Positions 1-11,500 of a DNA stretch of 64,000 nt are shown here, in pieces. This DNA comes from Octopus sinensis (taxonomy: Eukaryota). The position numbers and the translations under genes are program-made. Each line of letters begins with the position of its first letter. The first letter of the stretch is position 1. A model generated the notes under the pieces. The model ran no database searches, was not told the origin of the DNA, and worked only from the letters and a program-made list of their open reading frames with translations. Where the stretch lies: positions 18,166,001-18,230,000 of the forward strand of contig NC_043016.1 of NCBI RefSeq assembly GCF_006345805.1, written 5' to 3'.

Positions 1-92
1 ATGTATAGCAGGCTCTTCAATGCCATGTAGTATCTCTCATTGCTTTCGTTGTCATGGTTATGGTTGTTTAAATCAAAGTCAACCCTGATTAA

Positions 93-313
93 CCCTTTTG
101 TTACCAACCCGGCTGAAACTGGCTCTGGCTCTTTAGTATAAATGTCTTGTTTTTATAAGTTCTGAATTGAAATCTTCCACCAAACCTTAATTACAATTTA
201 TGTTCCTAACACTAGCTGAATGATGACTAAGTTATTTTACTAATTTCTTTGTTATATTTAAAGTAATTGAAAGAAACACAGAGCATCTCAAAAGAAATAC
301 AGTAACAAAAGGG
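93..313. mobile_element. piggyBac-like MITE
   Basis: 12-bp TIRs CCCTTTTGTTAC / GTAACAAAAGGG flanked by TTAA at 89-92 and 314-317. Confidence 0.75.
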
Positions 314-984
314 TTAAGCAAACCTAATATTTTTTCCTTCAAGAAAAGCATACACAGGGATTATATGACCTAATGTCCTTTTTTTTCTATTTTGTTTTTG
401 TTTTTGTTTAATTGGTGCCGTATGCTTTGAGTGAGATTTAGCTGCTATTACTTGCTGATAAAAGGTGTTGTGAGTAGCACTGTACAGAATGCTGTCTGGA
501 AAGCTACTACTGACGTTTTTATGGGAATATATTTTGTGCACAGGTGGTGTTGTTCACTTGATCAGATATTTAGTGTGTCTATATGTGTGTGCATTTGTGT
601 GTGTATATATGTGTGTGTGTATATATGTGTGTGTGTATATATGTGTGTGTGCATGTGCTTATAGATCCAGTGTCAGCCAGGTACATTCTAAACTTCCTGC
701 TTGACGCCCATAGCATGGGCTTGCCCTTGTGTCTCTATATTTTCAATGACAGAGTGTGGAAGTCACTGCCCAAGCGTTCATGCTATCAAGGCAATCTTTA
801 TCAGAAGTATCCTACAAATTGTACTGAAGCTGTTTTCAAGCTTTGTGTCTTATCTTTTAGTTGTGCCAGTCTTTAGGCTACGACCATGCCTGCAGGGTAC
901 CATCTTGAAACGAATTGGCTCCTGTACTTATTTTTAAAATAAAACCTGATATCTATTCTATCCTTCTCTCCCCTCCTCTCTCTC

Positions 985-1405
985 TCTCTCTCTCTCTCTT
1001 ATTTCTTTATTGCCCACAAGGGGCTAAACATAGAGGGAACAAACAAGGACAGACAAAAGGATTGAGTCGATTACATCGATCCCAGTGCATAACTGGTACT
1101 TAATTTATCGATCCCAAAAGGATGAAAGGCAAACTCGACCTCAGCAGAATTTGAATTCAGAATGTAGCGGCGGACGAAATACTTATTTCTTTACTAACCA
1201 CAAGGGGCTAAACACAGGGAGGACAAACAAGGACTAACAAACGGATTAAGTCGATTATATCGACCCCAGTGCGTAACTGGTACTTATTTAATCGACCCCG
1301 AAAGGATGAAAGGCAAAGTCGACCTCGGCGGAATTTGAATTCAGAATGTAACGGCAGATGAAATACGGCTACACATTTCGCCCGGCATGCTAACGTTTCT
1401 GCCCT
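985..1405 (-). mobile_element. Two tandem SINE copies, family B (Meta-domain-like)
   Basis: Reverse complement of the conserved block GTCGACTTTGCCTTTCATCCTTTCGGGGTCGATAAATTAAGTACCAGTT, with tail TTAGCCCCTTGTGG..AAAGAAATAA; same family recurs throughout the window. Confidence 0.75.
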
Positions 1406-1519
1406 TCTGCCTGAAGGGTTTGTGTGATATCATTGACTCTAATTGAGTGCTCTGCAAGTCTTGATACTTATGTTTGCCAGATGTGTGGGGTAGAGCAACA
1501 TGGAGTAGACTAAAGGCAG

Positions 1520-1730
1520 CAAGCTGGCAGAAATGTTAGCATGCGGGGTGAAATGCTTAGTGGTATTTCGTCTGTCTTTACATTCTGAGTTCAAATTCTA
1601 CCAAGGTCAACTTTGCCTTTCATCCTTTTGGGGTTGATAAAATATGCACCAGTTGCATAATGGGTTGATCTAATCGACTGGCCCCACTCCCTAAAAATTT
1701 CAGGCCTTGTATCTAGAGTAGAAAAGAACA
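1520..1730 (+). mobile_element. SINE family B (Meta-domain-like)
   Basis: GGCAAGCTGGCAGAAATGTTAGCA head, GAGTTCAAATTC B-box-like motif, CTTTGCCTTTCATCC core. Confidence 0.7.
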
Positions 1731-1860
1731 TGGAGTAAACTAGCTTCCAAGCCATGAATTGATCCCTCGAGCTTATGATCATGAATCCAGTTGACTAAAC
1801 ACTAAGCCACAAGCCTTTTCTAAACTCTGAATTTAGAATTGAATATATATAACTTAGATG

Positions 1861-2160
1861 AAGGTGCAATGGCCCAGTGGTTAGGGCAGCGGACTCGCGG
1901 TCGGAGGTTCGTGGTTTCGATTCCCAGACCGGGTGTTGTGTATGTTTATTGAGCAAAAACACCTAAAGCTCCACAAGGCTCTGGCAGTGGGTGGTGGTGA
2001 CCCCTGTTGTACTCTTTTGCCCCAACTTTCTCTCACTCTCTCTTTGTTTTTTGAGTAACGCTGCAATGGACTGGCGTCCTGTCCAGCTGGGGGGAACACA
2101 TACGCCATAGAAACCGGGAAGCCGGGCCCATGAGCCTGGCTAGGCTTGAAAAGGGCGCAT
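1861..2160 (+). mobile_element. SINE family C (tRNA head, V-domain-like)
   Basis: Head TGGCCCAGTGGTTAGGGCAGCGGACTCGCGG..GGTTTCGATTCCC with A/B boxes; body GATGGACTGGCGTCCTGTCCAG; near-identical copy at 20361-20676. Confidence 0.8.
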
Positions 2161-2557
2161 AATGAAATAAAATATATAACTTAGCAGGATGGACCCCTTT
2201 ACTCCTAACTATGTCAGAGAAGACATTAACTGCAATTCAATGATACTACACAAAGAAATATGAAGCGGAAAGGAATTGATCACAATAAATGGCAAACTTC
2301 AACAGTAAACTGACCAGTATTGAGAAAGCTTATCAAGTCATGCCAAAGCCACGAACAGTCATAGTTGTGATGACCGACTGCAAAAAAAAATGAAAATAAA
2401 TAGAAAGAAAAAAACGTGTGTGTGTGTGCGTGTAACTAGTTTATATAATATTCAGAGTGTGGTGAATAAACTGTGGTCTAATTTACGCAAAAATGAAAAT
2501 AACACCAACATCTCATTTTTAACATATATTTACCAAAACTACATAACAAAATTACAT

Positions 2558-2717
2558 AGGCATAGGAGTGGCTGTGTGGTAAGTAGCTTGCTTACCAACC
2601 ACATGGTTCCGGGTTCAGTTCTACTGCATGGCACCTTGGCCAAGTGTTTTCTACTATAGCCTCGGGCCGACCAAAGCCTTATGAGTGGATTTGGTAGACG
2701 GAAACATTGTATATGTG

Positions 2718-2768
<51 letters not shown>

Positions 2769-3521
2769 TCATGTGGTGAGAATGGATGAAGATAGTTGTG
2801 TGAAAAAGTGCCACACCCTAGCGGTTGAGGGAACCTGTGGAAGAGGCAGGCCCAGGAAAACCTGGGACGAGGTGGTGAAGCACAACCTTCGAACTTTAGG
2901 TCTCACTGAGGAAATGACTAGAGACCGAGACCTCTGGAAGTGTGCTGTGCGCGAGAAGACCCGGCAGGACAAGTGAGTCCATAACCCGTGGCCTTCTACA
3001 TGGGATGGAGCCAGCCTACGTATGCATACCTTCCCTTCTTGGGACACAAAACTCTACTTGTGAAGACCTGTTGAGGCAAGTGAGGATCAGAATCGAAATC
3101 GATCAATGGAAATTGCAGATGTGTTACCAGTGCCGGTGGCATGTAAGAGAACCTTCCGTTTCGCGACCGTTGCCAGCGCCGCCCCGACTGGCCTCGTGCC
3201 GGTGGCACGTAAAAAGCACCATCCATTCGTGTCAGTTGCCAGCCTCGCCTGGCCCTCGTGCCGGTGGCACATAAAAAGCACCATCCATTCGTGGCCGTTT
3301 GCCAGCTCTGTCTGGCAACTGTGTGGGTGGCACATAAAAAGCACCCACTACACTCACGGAGTGGTTGGCGTTAGGAAGGGCATCCAGCCATAGAAACACT
3401 GCCAGATTTGACTGGGCCTGATGAAGCCTTCTGGCTTCACAGACCCCAGTAGAACCGTCCAACCCATGCTAGCATGGAAAACGGACGCTAAACGATGATG
3501 ATGATGATGATGATGATGATG

Positions 3522-3601
<80 letters not shown>

Positions 3602-3800
3602 TTGTATATGTTTCTGTGTCTGTGTTTGTCCCCCCAACATCGCTTGACAACCGATGCTGGTGTGTTTATGTCACCGATAGAATAAGTACTAGGCTTACAA
3701 AGAATAAGTCCTGGGGTCGATTTTCTCGACTAAAGGCAGTGCTCCAGCATGGCCACAGTCAAATGACTGAAACAAGTAAAACAGTAAAAGAGTAAAGAGT
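2558..3800 (+). mobile_element. SINE family A (tRNA head, Nin/Deu-domain-like), interrupted by an RTE fragment
   Basis: Head GGAGTGGCTGTGTGGTAAGTAGC..GGTTCAGT at 2565; body resumes at ~3560 after the nested RTE piece; AAGAGT tail at ~3790. Confidence 0.8.
2765..3523 (+). mobile_element. 5'-truncated RTE LINE 3' fragment (ORF end, 3' UTR, (GAT)n tail)
   Basis: Encodes YGHVVRMDEDSCVKKCHTLAVEGTCGRGRPRKTW..TRQDK*, nearly identical to the C-terminus of the 9434-12541 ORF. Confidence 0.95.
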
Positions 3801-3809
3801 AATGTTTTG

Positions 3810-4585
3810 AAATACTAAAAGTAAATTTATTCAATAAAATCACTACTGGCTTCAACCACGGTCTCCAGATGACTTTGGAATCTTCTGTAACTCTTCTGGA
3901 TGGTTTCTTTGCTTAAGTTGGTGAATACTGCCATAATCCTTACCTTCAATTCATCTTTGTTGTTACAAAGATTTCTGTTGGTCTCTCTCTCTCTTTGAAC
4001 TGTGCTCCACACAATAATCAAGAGGGTTGCAGCCTGGGAATTTAGGTGGCCAAATGTTAGGGGTAATGTGGTCATAGAAATTGCCTGACAGCCATGATGG
4101 GGTTCTCCTGCTTGTGTGGCATGGTGCAGAGTCCTGTTGCCAGACATAGGGTCTTCCAGCGACCACCCTCTTGACCTAGGGCAGCACTACCTCCTCCAGG
4201 CACTTGATGTAGGCCCCCATGTTGATCTGATTCCATGTGGGAAGATGAATGGAGGCATAATGTTGTCATCACTAGTGATCACTCCAAACACCATGATGTT
4301 TTATCACTCTCAGTACGTGTCCTCAGATTGCATTGTTCTCACATTGACACTCAAACACCCTGAAATGTTCGTATTGGAGTTTTCAGTACAAATGCTAAGA
4401 ATTACAGCATGTCATTTCCAAATTTCTGGTAGAGTGAATTGTGTCATGGTGCTATTTTTTTCACAGATGGTGCCCAACTGACCCTACTATACTGTGTAGT
4501 CGACAAAATCAAAAACAAACGATGAGCAAGTGTGAAATTAAAAGCATAAAATGGTGACAATTTACCCATCACATCTTGTATATTA
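3810..4585 (-). pseudogene. Degenerate Tc1/mariner-superfamily transposase (maT/DD37D-like)
   Basis: Frameshifted peptide WQQDSAPCHTSRRT..WPPKFPGCNPLDY matches the second and third catalytic Asp motifs. Confidence 0.8.
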
Positions 4586-4620
4586 TATATGGGATATATA
4601 TAATATATATATATATATAT

Positions 4621-5105
4621 ACAACTTATAAGCAAGGGCTAAAGAAGAATATTCCAAAGCCAATATACTGATTTTCCACATATAATCCACCTGCTACAGA
4701 AAAATTGAACTGAAGTCGGGCAAGCTAACCGTTAGATACTTAAATTTCGTTATCTCTATATTGAATCAATTTCGGAATTAATCTCATAAAGGATTTATTC
4801 TTCATCGGTAGAGCTTACAAGAGAATATAAGTAAGATACTTACATATGCCTATGGAAAAAGCCGAAGCAAAGAACATAAGTACATTTAAGTACCTCAGTT
4901 ATAGCTAAAAATAAATATTTTTAGATGTATCTAAATATTTTTAGCTATAACTGAGGTACTTAAATTTACTTATGTTCTTTGCTTCGGCTTTTTCCATAGG
5001 CATATGTAAGTATCTTACTTATATTCTCTGTAGCAGGTGGATTATATGAGGAAAATCAGTATATTGGCTTTGAATATTCATCTTTAGCCCTTGCTTATAA
5101 GTTGT
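4621..5105. repeat. Long interrupted palindrome (foldback)
   Basis: 4621-4700 pairs with 5027-5105 and 4820-4911 pairs with 4938-5029; 4701-4819 has no partner. Confidence 0.9.
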
Positions 5106-5200
5106 TTATAATTTTAACCGTAAAGGTATTTTTTAATATGCTGCCACATTTCTTGATGGAATTCTTTCTGTAGAGAAAAAAACTTCATCCTATATTAGTA

Positions 5201-5241
<41 letters not shown>

Positions 5242-5299
5242 TATATACATATATATATCATAAATATATACATATCATAAATATATGTGTATATATATA

Positions 5300-5333
<34 letters not shown>

Positions 5334-5428
5334 CATATCTATACATATATGTATGTATCATTTGTAAAAAGCATAAATCCGAAAAAAGAAGCACACTCTA
5401 AGATGTACAGCAGTATATATTAAAAACA

Positions 5429-5557
5429 GGGAAGGCTGGTTTATGGATTCCCTTAGGTTTCCAGTCCATAAAGGGTTTATCTTTATGGTGTATTGTCATA
5501 TCCCCAAACCCTTTATGGGTGGGAAACCTAAGGTAATCCCATAAACTGGCCTTCCCC
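5429..5557. repeat. Imperfect ~50-bp inverted repeat, MITE-like
   Basis: GGGAAGGCTGGTTTATGGATTCCCTTAGGTTTCC..AAGGGTTT mirrored by AAACCCTT..GGAAACCTAAGGTAATCCCATAAACTGGCCTTCCCC. Confidence 0.75.
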
Positions 5558-5564
5558 ATCTATA

Positions 5565-5775
5565 TCTCTATGTAAAAAAATGCACCATTTGAGTATGGCC
5601 AATGCCAGTGCCACCTCCTGTGCTGGTGGTACATAAAAGCGCTCACCACACTCTCAGAGTGGTTGGTGTTAGGAAGGGCATCCAGCTGTAGAAACCTTGC
5701 CAAGTCAGATTGGAGTCTGGAGTAGCCTTCCGGCTTGCCGACTACAATGCTGGTGCTGCTGCTGCTGATGATGAT
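5565..5775 (+). mobile_element. Diverged RTE 3' UTR fragment
   Basis: GAGTGGTTGGTGTTAGGAAGGGCATCCAGCTGTAGAAA block preceded by array-type units. Confidence 0.7.
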
Positions 5776-5799
5776 TATATATATATATATATATATATA

Positions 5800-6020
5800 T
5801 ACTCTTTTACTTGTTTCAGTCCTTTGACTGCGGCCATGCTGGAGCACCGCCTTTTGTGGTGAAAGAGTACAGCAGGGTTCGCCACCACCCTCTGCTGGAA
5901 CCTCGTGGAGCTTTAGGTGGTTTCACTCAATAAACACTCACAATGCCAGGTCTAGGAATCGAAACCACGATCCCATGAATGCGAGTCCACTGGTGTAGCC
6001 AATGAGCCATTGCGCCTCCA
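5800..6020 (-). mobile_element. SINE family C 5' part abutting a family A tail
   Basis: Reverse complement of the family C head at ~5950-6020; family A tail ACTCTTTTACTTGTTTCAGTC at 5801. Confidence 0.7.
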
Positions 6021-6051
6021 CACACATATATATATATATATATATATTTCA

Positions 6052-6188
6052 GTATGGAGAAAATAATTCATGAAAAAAATATGCGATGATATCATTGATT
6101 CTGTTATTACCTAGTGTAAATTGTTACGTAAGATGATATCTTGCAAATTTTTTTTTTCATGAGTTATTTTTCTTGAATTTGCTCCGTA
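6052..6188. mobile_element. Degenerate TA-flanked MITE (Tc1/mariner-type end TACGGAG)
   Basis: Ends TATGGAG and CTCCGTA; imperfect inverted arms; same terminus as 23131-23137. Confidence 0.5.
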
Positions 6189-6511
6189 TTGAAATTATTT
6201 TTACACTACTGGCTGCTATGATTCAGCACAAAATGAGACAGTTGCAGTGCAGACATCAATAGGATGAGTTGAGGGCTCTCTGTCATGGTAATGCATGCTG
6301 AGGAGGGTGAGGCTATTATGCCAGTCCAGAAACTAGTCTACAGGAGTCCTGATACTTGAATGCATGCTGAGAGATTGTCTTGGCCCGTTTACCGGCAGAC
6401 AGTTGATTTCTGTAGTTATTACCACAGTGTATATTAGCGATTTAAATAAGTGTTTTGGCTGTTATTTCCAGCAGGTAGACATACTTAGTATGTTCTTTGG
6501 CCAATTTTAAT

Positions 6512-6952
6512 CCTTTGTCGGTGGCACGTAAAAGCACCATCTGTTCGCGTCCGTTGCCAGCCTCGGCTGGCCCCCGTGCCGGTGACACGTAAAAGCACCG
6601 TCCGTTCGTGGCCGGTTGCCAGCTCTGTCTGGCACCGTGTCGGTGGCACGTAAAAGCACCATCCGTTCGTGTCCGTTGCCAGCATCGCCTGGCCCCGTGC
6701 CGGTGACACGTAAAAGCACCATCCGTTCGTGGCCATTCGCCAGCTCTGTCTGGCACCTGTGCAGGTGGCACGTAAAAAAACACCCACTACACTCGCGGAG
6801 TGGTTGGCGTTAGGAAGGGCATCCAGTCGTAGAAACACTGCCAGATCTGATTGGGCCTGACGAAGCCTTCCAGCTTCACAGACCCCAGTTGACCCGTCCA
6901 ACCCATGCTAGCATGGAAAGCGGACGCTAAACGATGATGATGATGATGATGA
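6512..6952 (+). mobile_element. RTE 3' UTR fragment with five array units and (GAT)n tail
   Basis: Five GGTG(G/A)CACGTAAAA..CACC units, then the conserved terminus CCATGCTAGCATGGAAAGCGGACGCTAAACGATGATG. Confidence 0.95.
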
Positions 6953-6953
6953 T

Positions 6954-7118
6954 ATAGCACTTAGTGCACATATTGATACCTGTGCTGCACAACTTCATCC
7001 CAATTTTAGAATCTTTCCCATCTACAAATTTAAAGACAATGCCACTCATACCCAGCGAATAACCATGGAATCCCACCTTATTAATAAATACAGACCACTT
7101 CTGGACACATCCCCCTAA
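6954..7118 (+). pseudogene. C-terminal fragment of a Penelope-like GIY-YIG endonuclease
   Basis: My translation IALSAHIDTCAAQLHPNFRIFPIYKFKDNATHTQRITMESHLINKYRPLLDTSP* fits the PLE GIY-YIG C-terminal pattern LS.H..C...F.I.P.YK...R...E..I.K..P.L; no ATG, so absent from the ORF track. Confidence 0.65.
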
Positions 7119-8334
7119 CACGAACCCACAACAAACACACTTACACCTGCACACACCCTACACACACTTTTGCCCAGATATTAACACCATGACACATGCA
7201 AACATATGGTTCCACACATACACATAATTTGATACGGGTGCAAAACATCCAACACTATTTTTTGGAAATGACTGTAAATATTGACTTCACACAAACACGT
7301 TGCTTCCCGATACATGCACAAGGCCAGCAGAACTATAAATATTGAAAATTGTACCCACACATGCACACATATATACATGCGCGCGCACCCCAACATACAT
7401 ATAAACACACACACACACACACACACGCGCGCACACATACATACATATAGCTCTTCCTGTCCTAAACGAACTTACTTTTCCAGCTCAAATTCAGTCAAGC
7501 GGAAAATACACTCCTTAACTATGCGCTAAACAGCTATTCAAAATATCCACATGATGTCTACTGACCAGCCTGAACAATAAGAATTTCCAACAACACTATT
7601 TTCGAAAACTCCATACACCACCTACAGCAACATTCATTCTAAACATTCAAGTGACCTCTCTATTATGACCACATTCACGTGACCTCTTTATTATGACCAA
7701 TAAGAAATTTTAGGCGTGATACCAGCCAAATTTTAACATCTCTGGAGCCTATTTTCTTACCCCAACACCAACTTCTATTCAAACATTCACGTGACCCCTT
7801 TATAATGACCAATCAAAATTGTATTGACCATTGTCCACAAGAAATTTTAGGTGCGAAACCAAGCAAATCTTAAACAACTCTGGAGCCTCTTTTTTCGCAT
7901 ATAAGAGACAGCAAACCCAACATAAAGTCAGATAAGAGAAAAAAATCAATCAGAAAGGAACTCTATCTCACTCAAAATATCTTTTGATAAGCATAACAAA
8001 TGTGCAACCGGCAAACTCTTACTTTTTTTATTCTACACTGAAATCTGACATTGAACTTTTCCACAAAAAACTGTATATTACACGCTTTTACTAAATATCT
8101 TATTCTGAAACAGAACACTGTAAAAGACTCTTACTTTTTTTCTTATACACTGAAATCATTCACAAAAAATGAACATTGTATTCTAACCCAATTTTTCTCT
8201 TTTTTTGTTTAAAAAAAGAACTTTCACCTAATTAAATACACTCTCCCTTACTTAAATTATTTTGTCAGCATTTTCTTCATTTCCTTTTTTTATATATCAC
8301 AACTCGTGTTCCACATCTCCTTTTTATATATATA

Positions 8335-8389
<55 letters not shown>

Positions 8390-8411
8390 AATGCATATAT
8401 ATATATACACA

Positions 8412-8490
8412 CAACGCCCGGTCTGGGAAGCGAAACTGCGATCCTCCGACCGCAAGTCTGCTGCCCTAACCACTGGGCCATTGCGCCTCC
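8412..8490 (-). mobile_element. SINE family C tRNA-like head only
   Basis: Reverse complement of GGAGGCGCAATGGCCCAGTGGTTAGGGCAGCAGACTTGCGGTCGGAGGATCGCAGTTTCGCTTCCCAGACC. Confidence 0.75.
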
Positions 8491-8599
8491 ACACACACAC
8501 ACATATATATATATGTGTGTGTATGTGTATGTATATGCATATATATATAAATATATAAACATATATATATATATATATTTACTAAGCCACGATGTTATA

Positions 8600-11500
8600 G
8601 TAGTTATCAATAATGATTATTATTCCCTCTGATTTTTCTGATTTTCAAACCTATTTATCGATAATGTTGATTTTCAAACCTATTTATCAAATGTTTATTA
8701 TCGACAATGCCGTCCCTAGTCAAATTTCCTCACACCGCTTTATCACTACGTGTTCCTTGACCTCTCTCTCTAACTAACCCTATCTCTCTCCCTGTTTCTC
8801 TATGTCCCCCTCTTCCCATAACCATCATCGCCATATCTCTCTCCCTAGGTCTCTCTATGCCCCCCCCCTTCCATAACCATCATCGCCATATATAAAAGAG
8901 CGATCGCATTATCGTTAACCCCACTCGCTTCAAAATATCTAAAGACGAAATACGCACAGATCATGATTGGCTAAAGCTAAGTGAATTGTTCAACCTCGCT
9001 ACGACTACCTTCTATCTTGCACTTATCTTTATTCTTTCACTATTCTTCAATTTCCATCTCATTGTATTGTTCCTCATTCTTTCAGTATTCCCGCATTACC
9101 CTGTCTAGCTCAAACATTTTTTTTTTCGTTTAGTCTTGCCACTCTGATTTTTCAAACCCATTTGCTAGCTCCGATTTTACAGAACCTTACTAACCTACGG
9201 TGCACCCGCCCTCCCACCCCCACCACACATGCCGGAAGTTCCTATTCTTTGCCATTCTGGGGTTGCTTCCCATGAAGACTGCAAATGCTCTCACCATCCC
9301 TACCCCTCCCTACCCCTAGTCTCGACCTATGTAAGGTAATGTTCATACAGTGCAAAATATGAAAGGCTAGTGTTATGCAGGTTGTACTGAAGGCTACTTT
9401 ACTACTTCATTTATTGCACATGAATTCTGCCAAATGCGAGCTTCTTTTCAGGTACACGAAGCTACTGTCCACCGTCCCAGGGTCTCTAGAGCCCATGCCT
9501 CCCACACCCTCAGGGTTGGCACCCTCAACGTTGGCACTCTGAAAGGTAGGTCTGGTGAGATAGTCGAGATGCTTGAACGGAGATGTGTGGATATATGTTG
9601 CATGCAAGAAATAAGGTGGAGAGGAGGATCAGCTAGGTTCCTCACAGGCAAGGAACGCAGGTACAAGATTTTCTGGGCAGGGAACACTGACGGGGTTGGT
9701 GGCGTGGGTATACTTATCGCTGAGAAATGGGTAGATAAAGTAATTGAGGTAATCAGAGTATGTGACAGAATACTTAAGATTAGATTAGTGCTTCATCATA
9801 GTTTAGCAACCATTATATCAGCCTATGCTCCTCAGTCGGGGCTACCCGATGGACAGAAAGACCGATTCTATGATACTCTACTGCAGACTACCTCATTGAC
9901 GAACGACAGAGACCTTATCTTTGTGGCTGGTGACTTCAATGGTCACGTTGGACGACATGCTGGGGGCTTCCATGGCGTACATGGAGGCTATGGCTATGGC
10001 TCCCGAAATGAGGAGGGAACCAGGCTGCTGGTGTTCTGCGATGCAAATAATCTTATGATTTGCAACACTAACTTCAGGAAACCTACCAGCCACCTAGTCA
10101 CTTACCGATCGGGCCAACATACCAGCCAAATTGACTACATCCTTGCAAGGCAAAGGGAGAGATGGCTGCTTATAAATGCCAAAACCTTCCCAGGTGAAGA
10201 ATGTACCCCACAACATAGACTGGTAGTTAGTGACTTTAGGATCAGGACTAGGAGGACAACCAGAAGACGACCAATATGGAGAAGAAGGATCTGGAAGCTT
10301 AAAGATCCTGCAAATGGACAGAGATTTAGAGACATATTACTTGAAGCCTCTGACGAAGTAGAAGGGGATAGAGCATCACAGGGGGTAGAAGACAGCTGGA
10401 CGTTTCTAAGGGACAACCTGCTGAGAGCCACTGACCAGATCTGTGGCTGGTGCAAAGTCCCCTCTCGACCTAGAATAACGTGGTGGTGGAACAATATTGT
10501 AGACAGGGCTATTAGAGAAAAGAGACAGGCTTGGAAGATCTGGAAAAATGGGGGTAGCAGGGAATTGTATCAGACTGCCAAAAGAGAAGCTAAGAGACAA
10601 GTTTATTTAGCCAGAGGGGAAGCAGATAAGAAAAAATTTGCCAATGTTCTGTGCCGTGAGGACCAAAGACTGGAGGTGTTTCGCGTTGCAAGACAGTGTG
10701 TGAGAGAGAATCGTGATGTGGTAGGAGAGAAGTGTGTTCGCATGGAAGATGGTTCACTTGCGCTAAATGAGGATGCAAAGAGAGAGGCTTGGAGATGCCA
10801 CTATGAAAGTTTGCTGAATAAAGAAAATGAATGGGATAAAGAGAGTCTGCCGAATGTTGACCCAACAGAGGGACCAGCTATCCGAGTTGATAGTTCCGTG
10901 GTAGCTAAGGCAATTAGAAGCATGAAGACAGGAAAAGCCCCAGGCCCATCAGGAATCACTGCAGAGATGCTCAAAATGTCTGGTAGTGTCGGCTATAGCC
11001 TAGTCACCCATATAGTTAATCAGGTGATACACAAAGGAGTCATACCCAATGACTGGTGTAGCAGCATAATAGTCAACTGCTACAAAGGTAAAGGTGACAC
11101 CCTAGATACAAATAATTACAGAGGTATCAAGCTGTTGGATCAGGTGATGAAGGTTACGGAGAGGGTCATAGCCCAACTAATTAGAGAGAGAGTTAGTTTA
11201 GATGAGATGCAGTTTGGGTTTGTGCCAGGGAAAAGTACTACTGATGCTATATTCCTGGTAAGGCAGCTGCAGGAGAAATACCTAGCCAAAGATAAGCCCC
11301 TGTACCTGGCTTTTGTTGACATGGAGAAAGCCTTTGACAGGGTCCCCCGATCCCTTATCTGGTGGGCAATGAGGAAACTAGGGATAGATGAATGGTTAGT
11401 GAGAGCTGTGCGGGCCATGTATAGGGACGCTGCTAGTAGGGTGAGGGTTGGAAATGAGTACAGTGAAGAATTCCGGGTAGAGGTAGGGGTCCACCAAGGC

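Noticed and set aside
1861-1935. tRNA genes
   Set aside because: All tRNA-like sequences are SINE heads that continue into SINE bodies and lack complete cloverleaves
6512-6790. CRISPR-like look of the repeat-spacer array
   Set aside because: Spacers are homologous to each other, the array is part of a LINE 3' UTR in animal DNA, and there are no cas genes
9331-9451. Possible intron before the RTE ORF (GTAAGG/GTAATG donors, TTTTCAG acceptor in frame)
   Set aside because: A sense intron would be lost on retrotransposition; no other support
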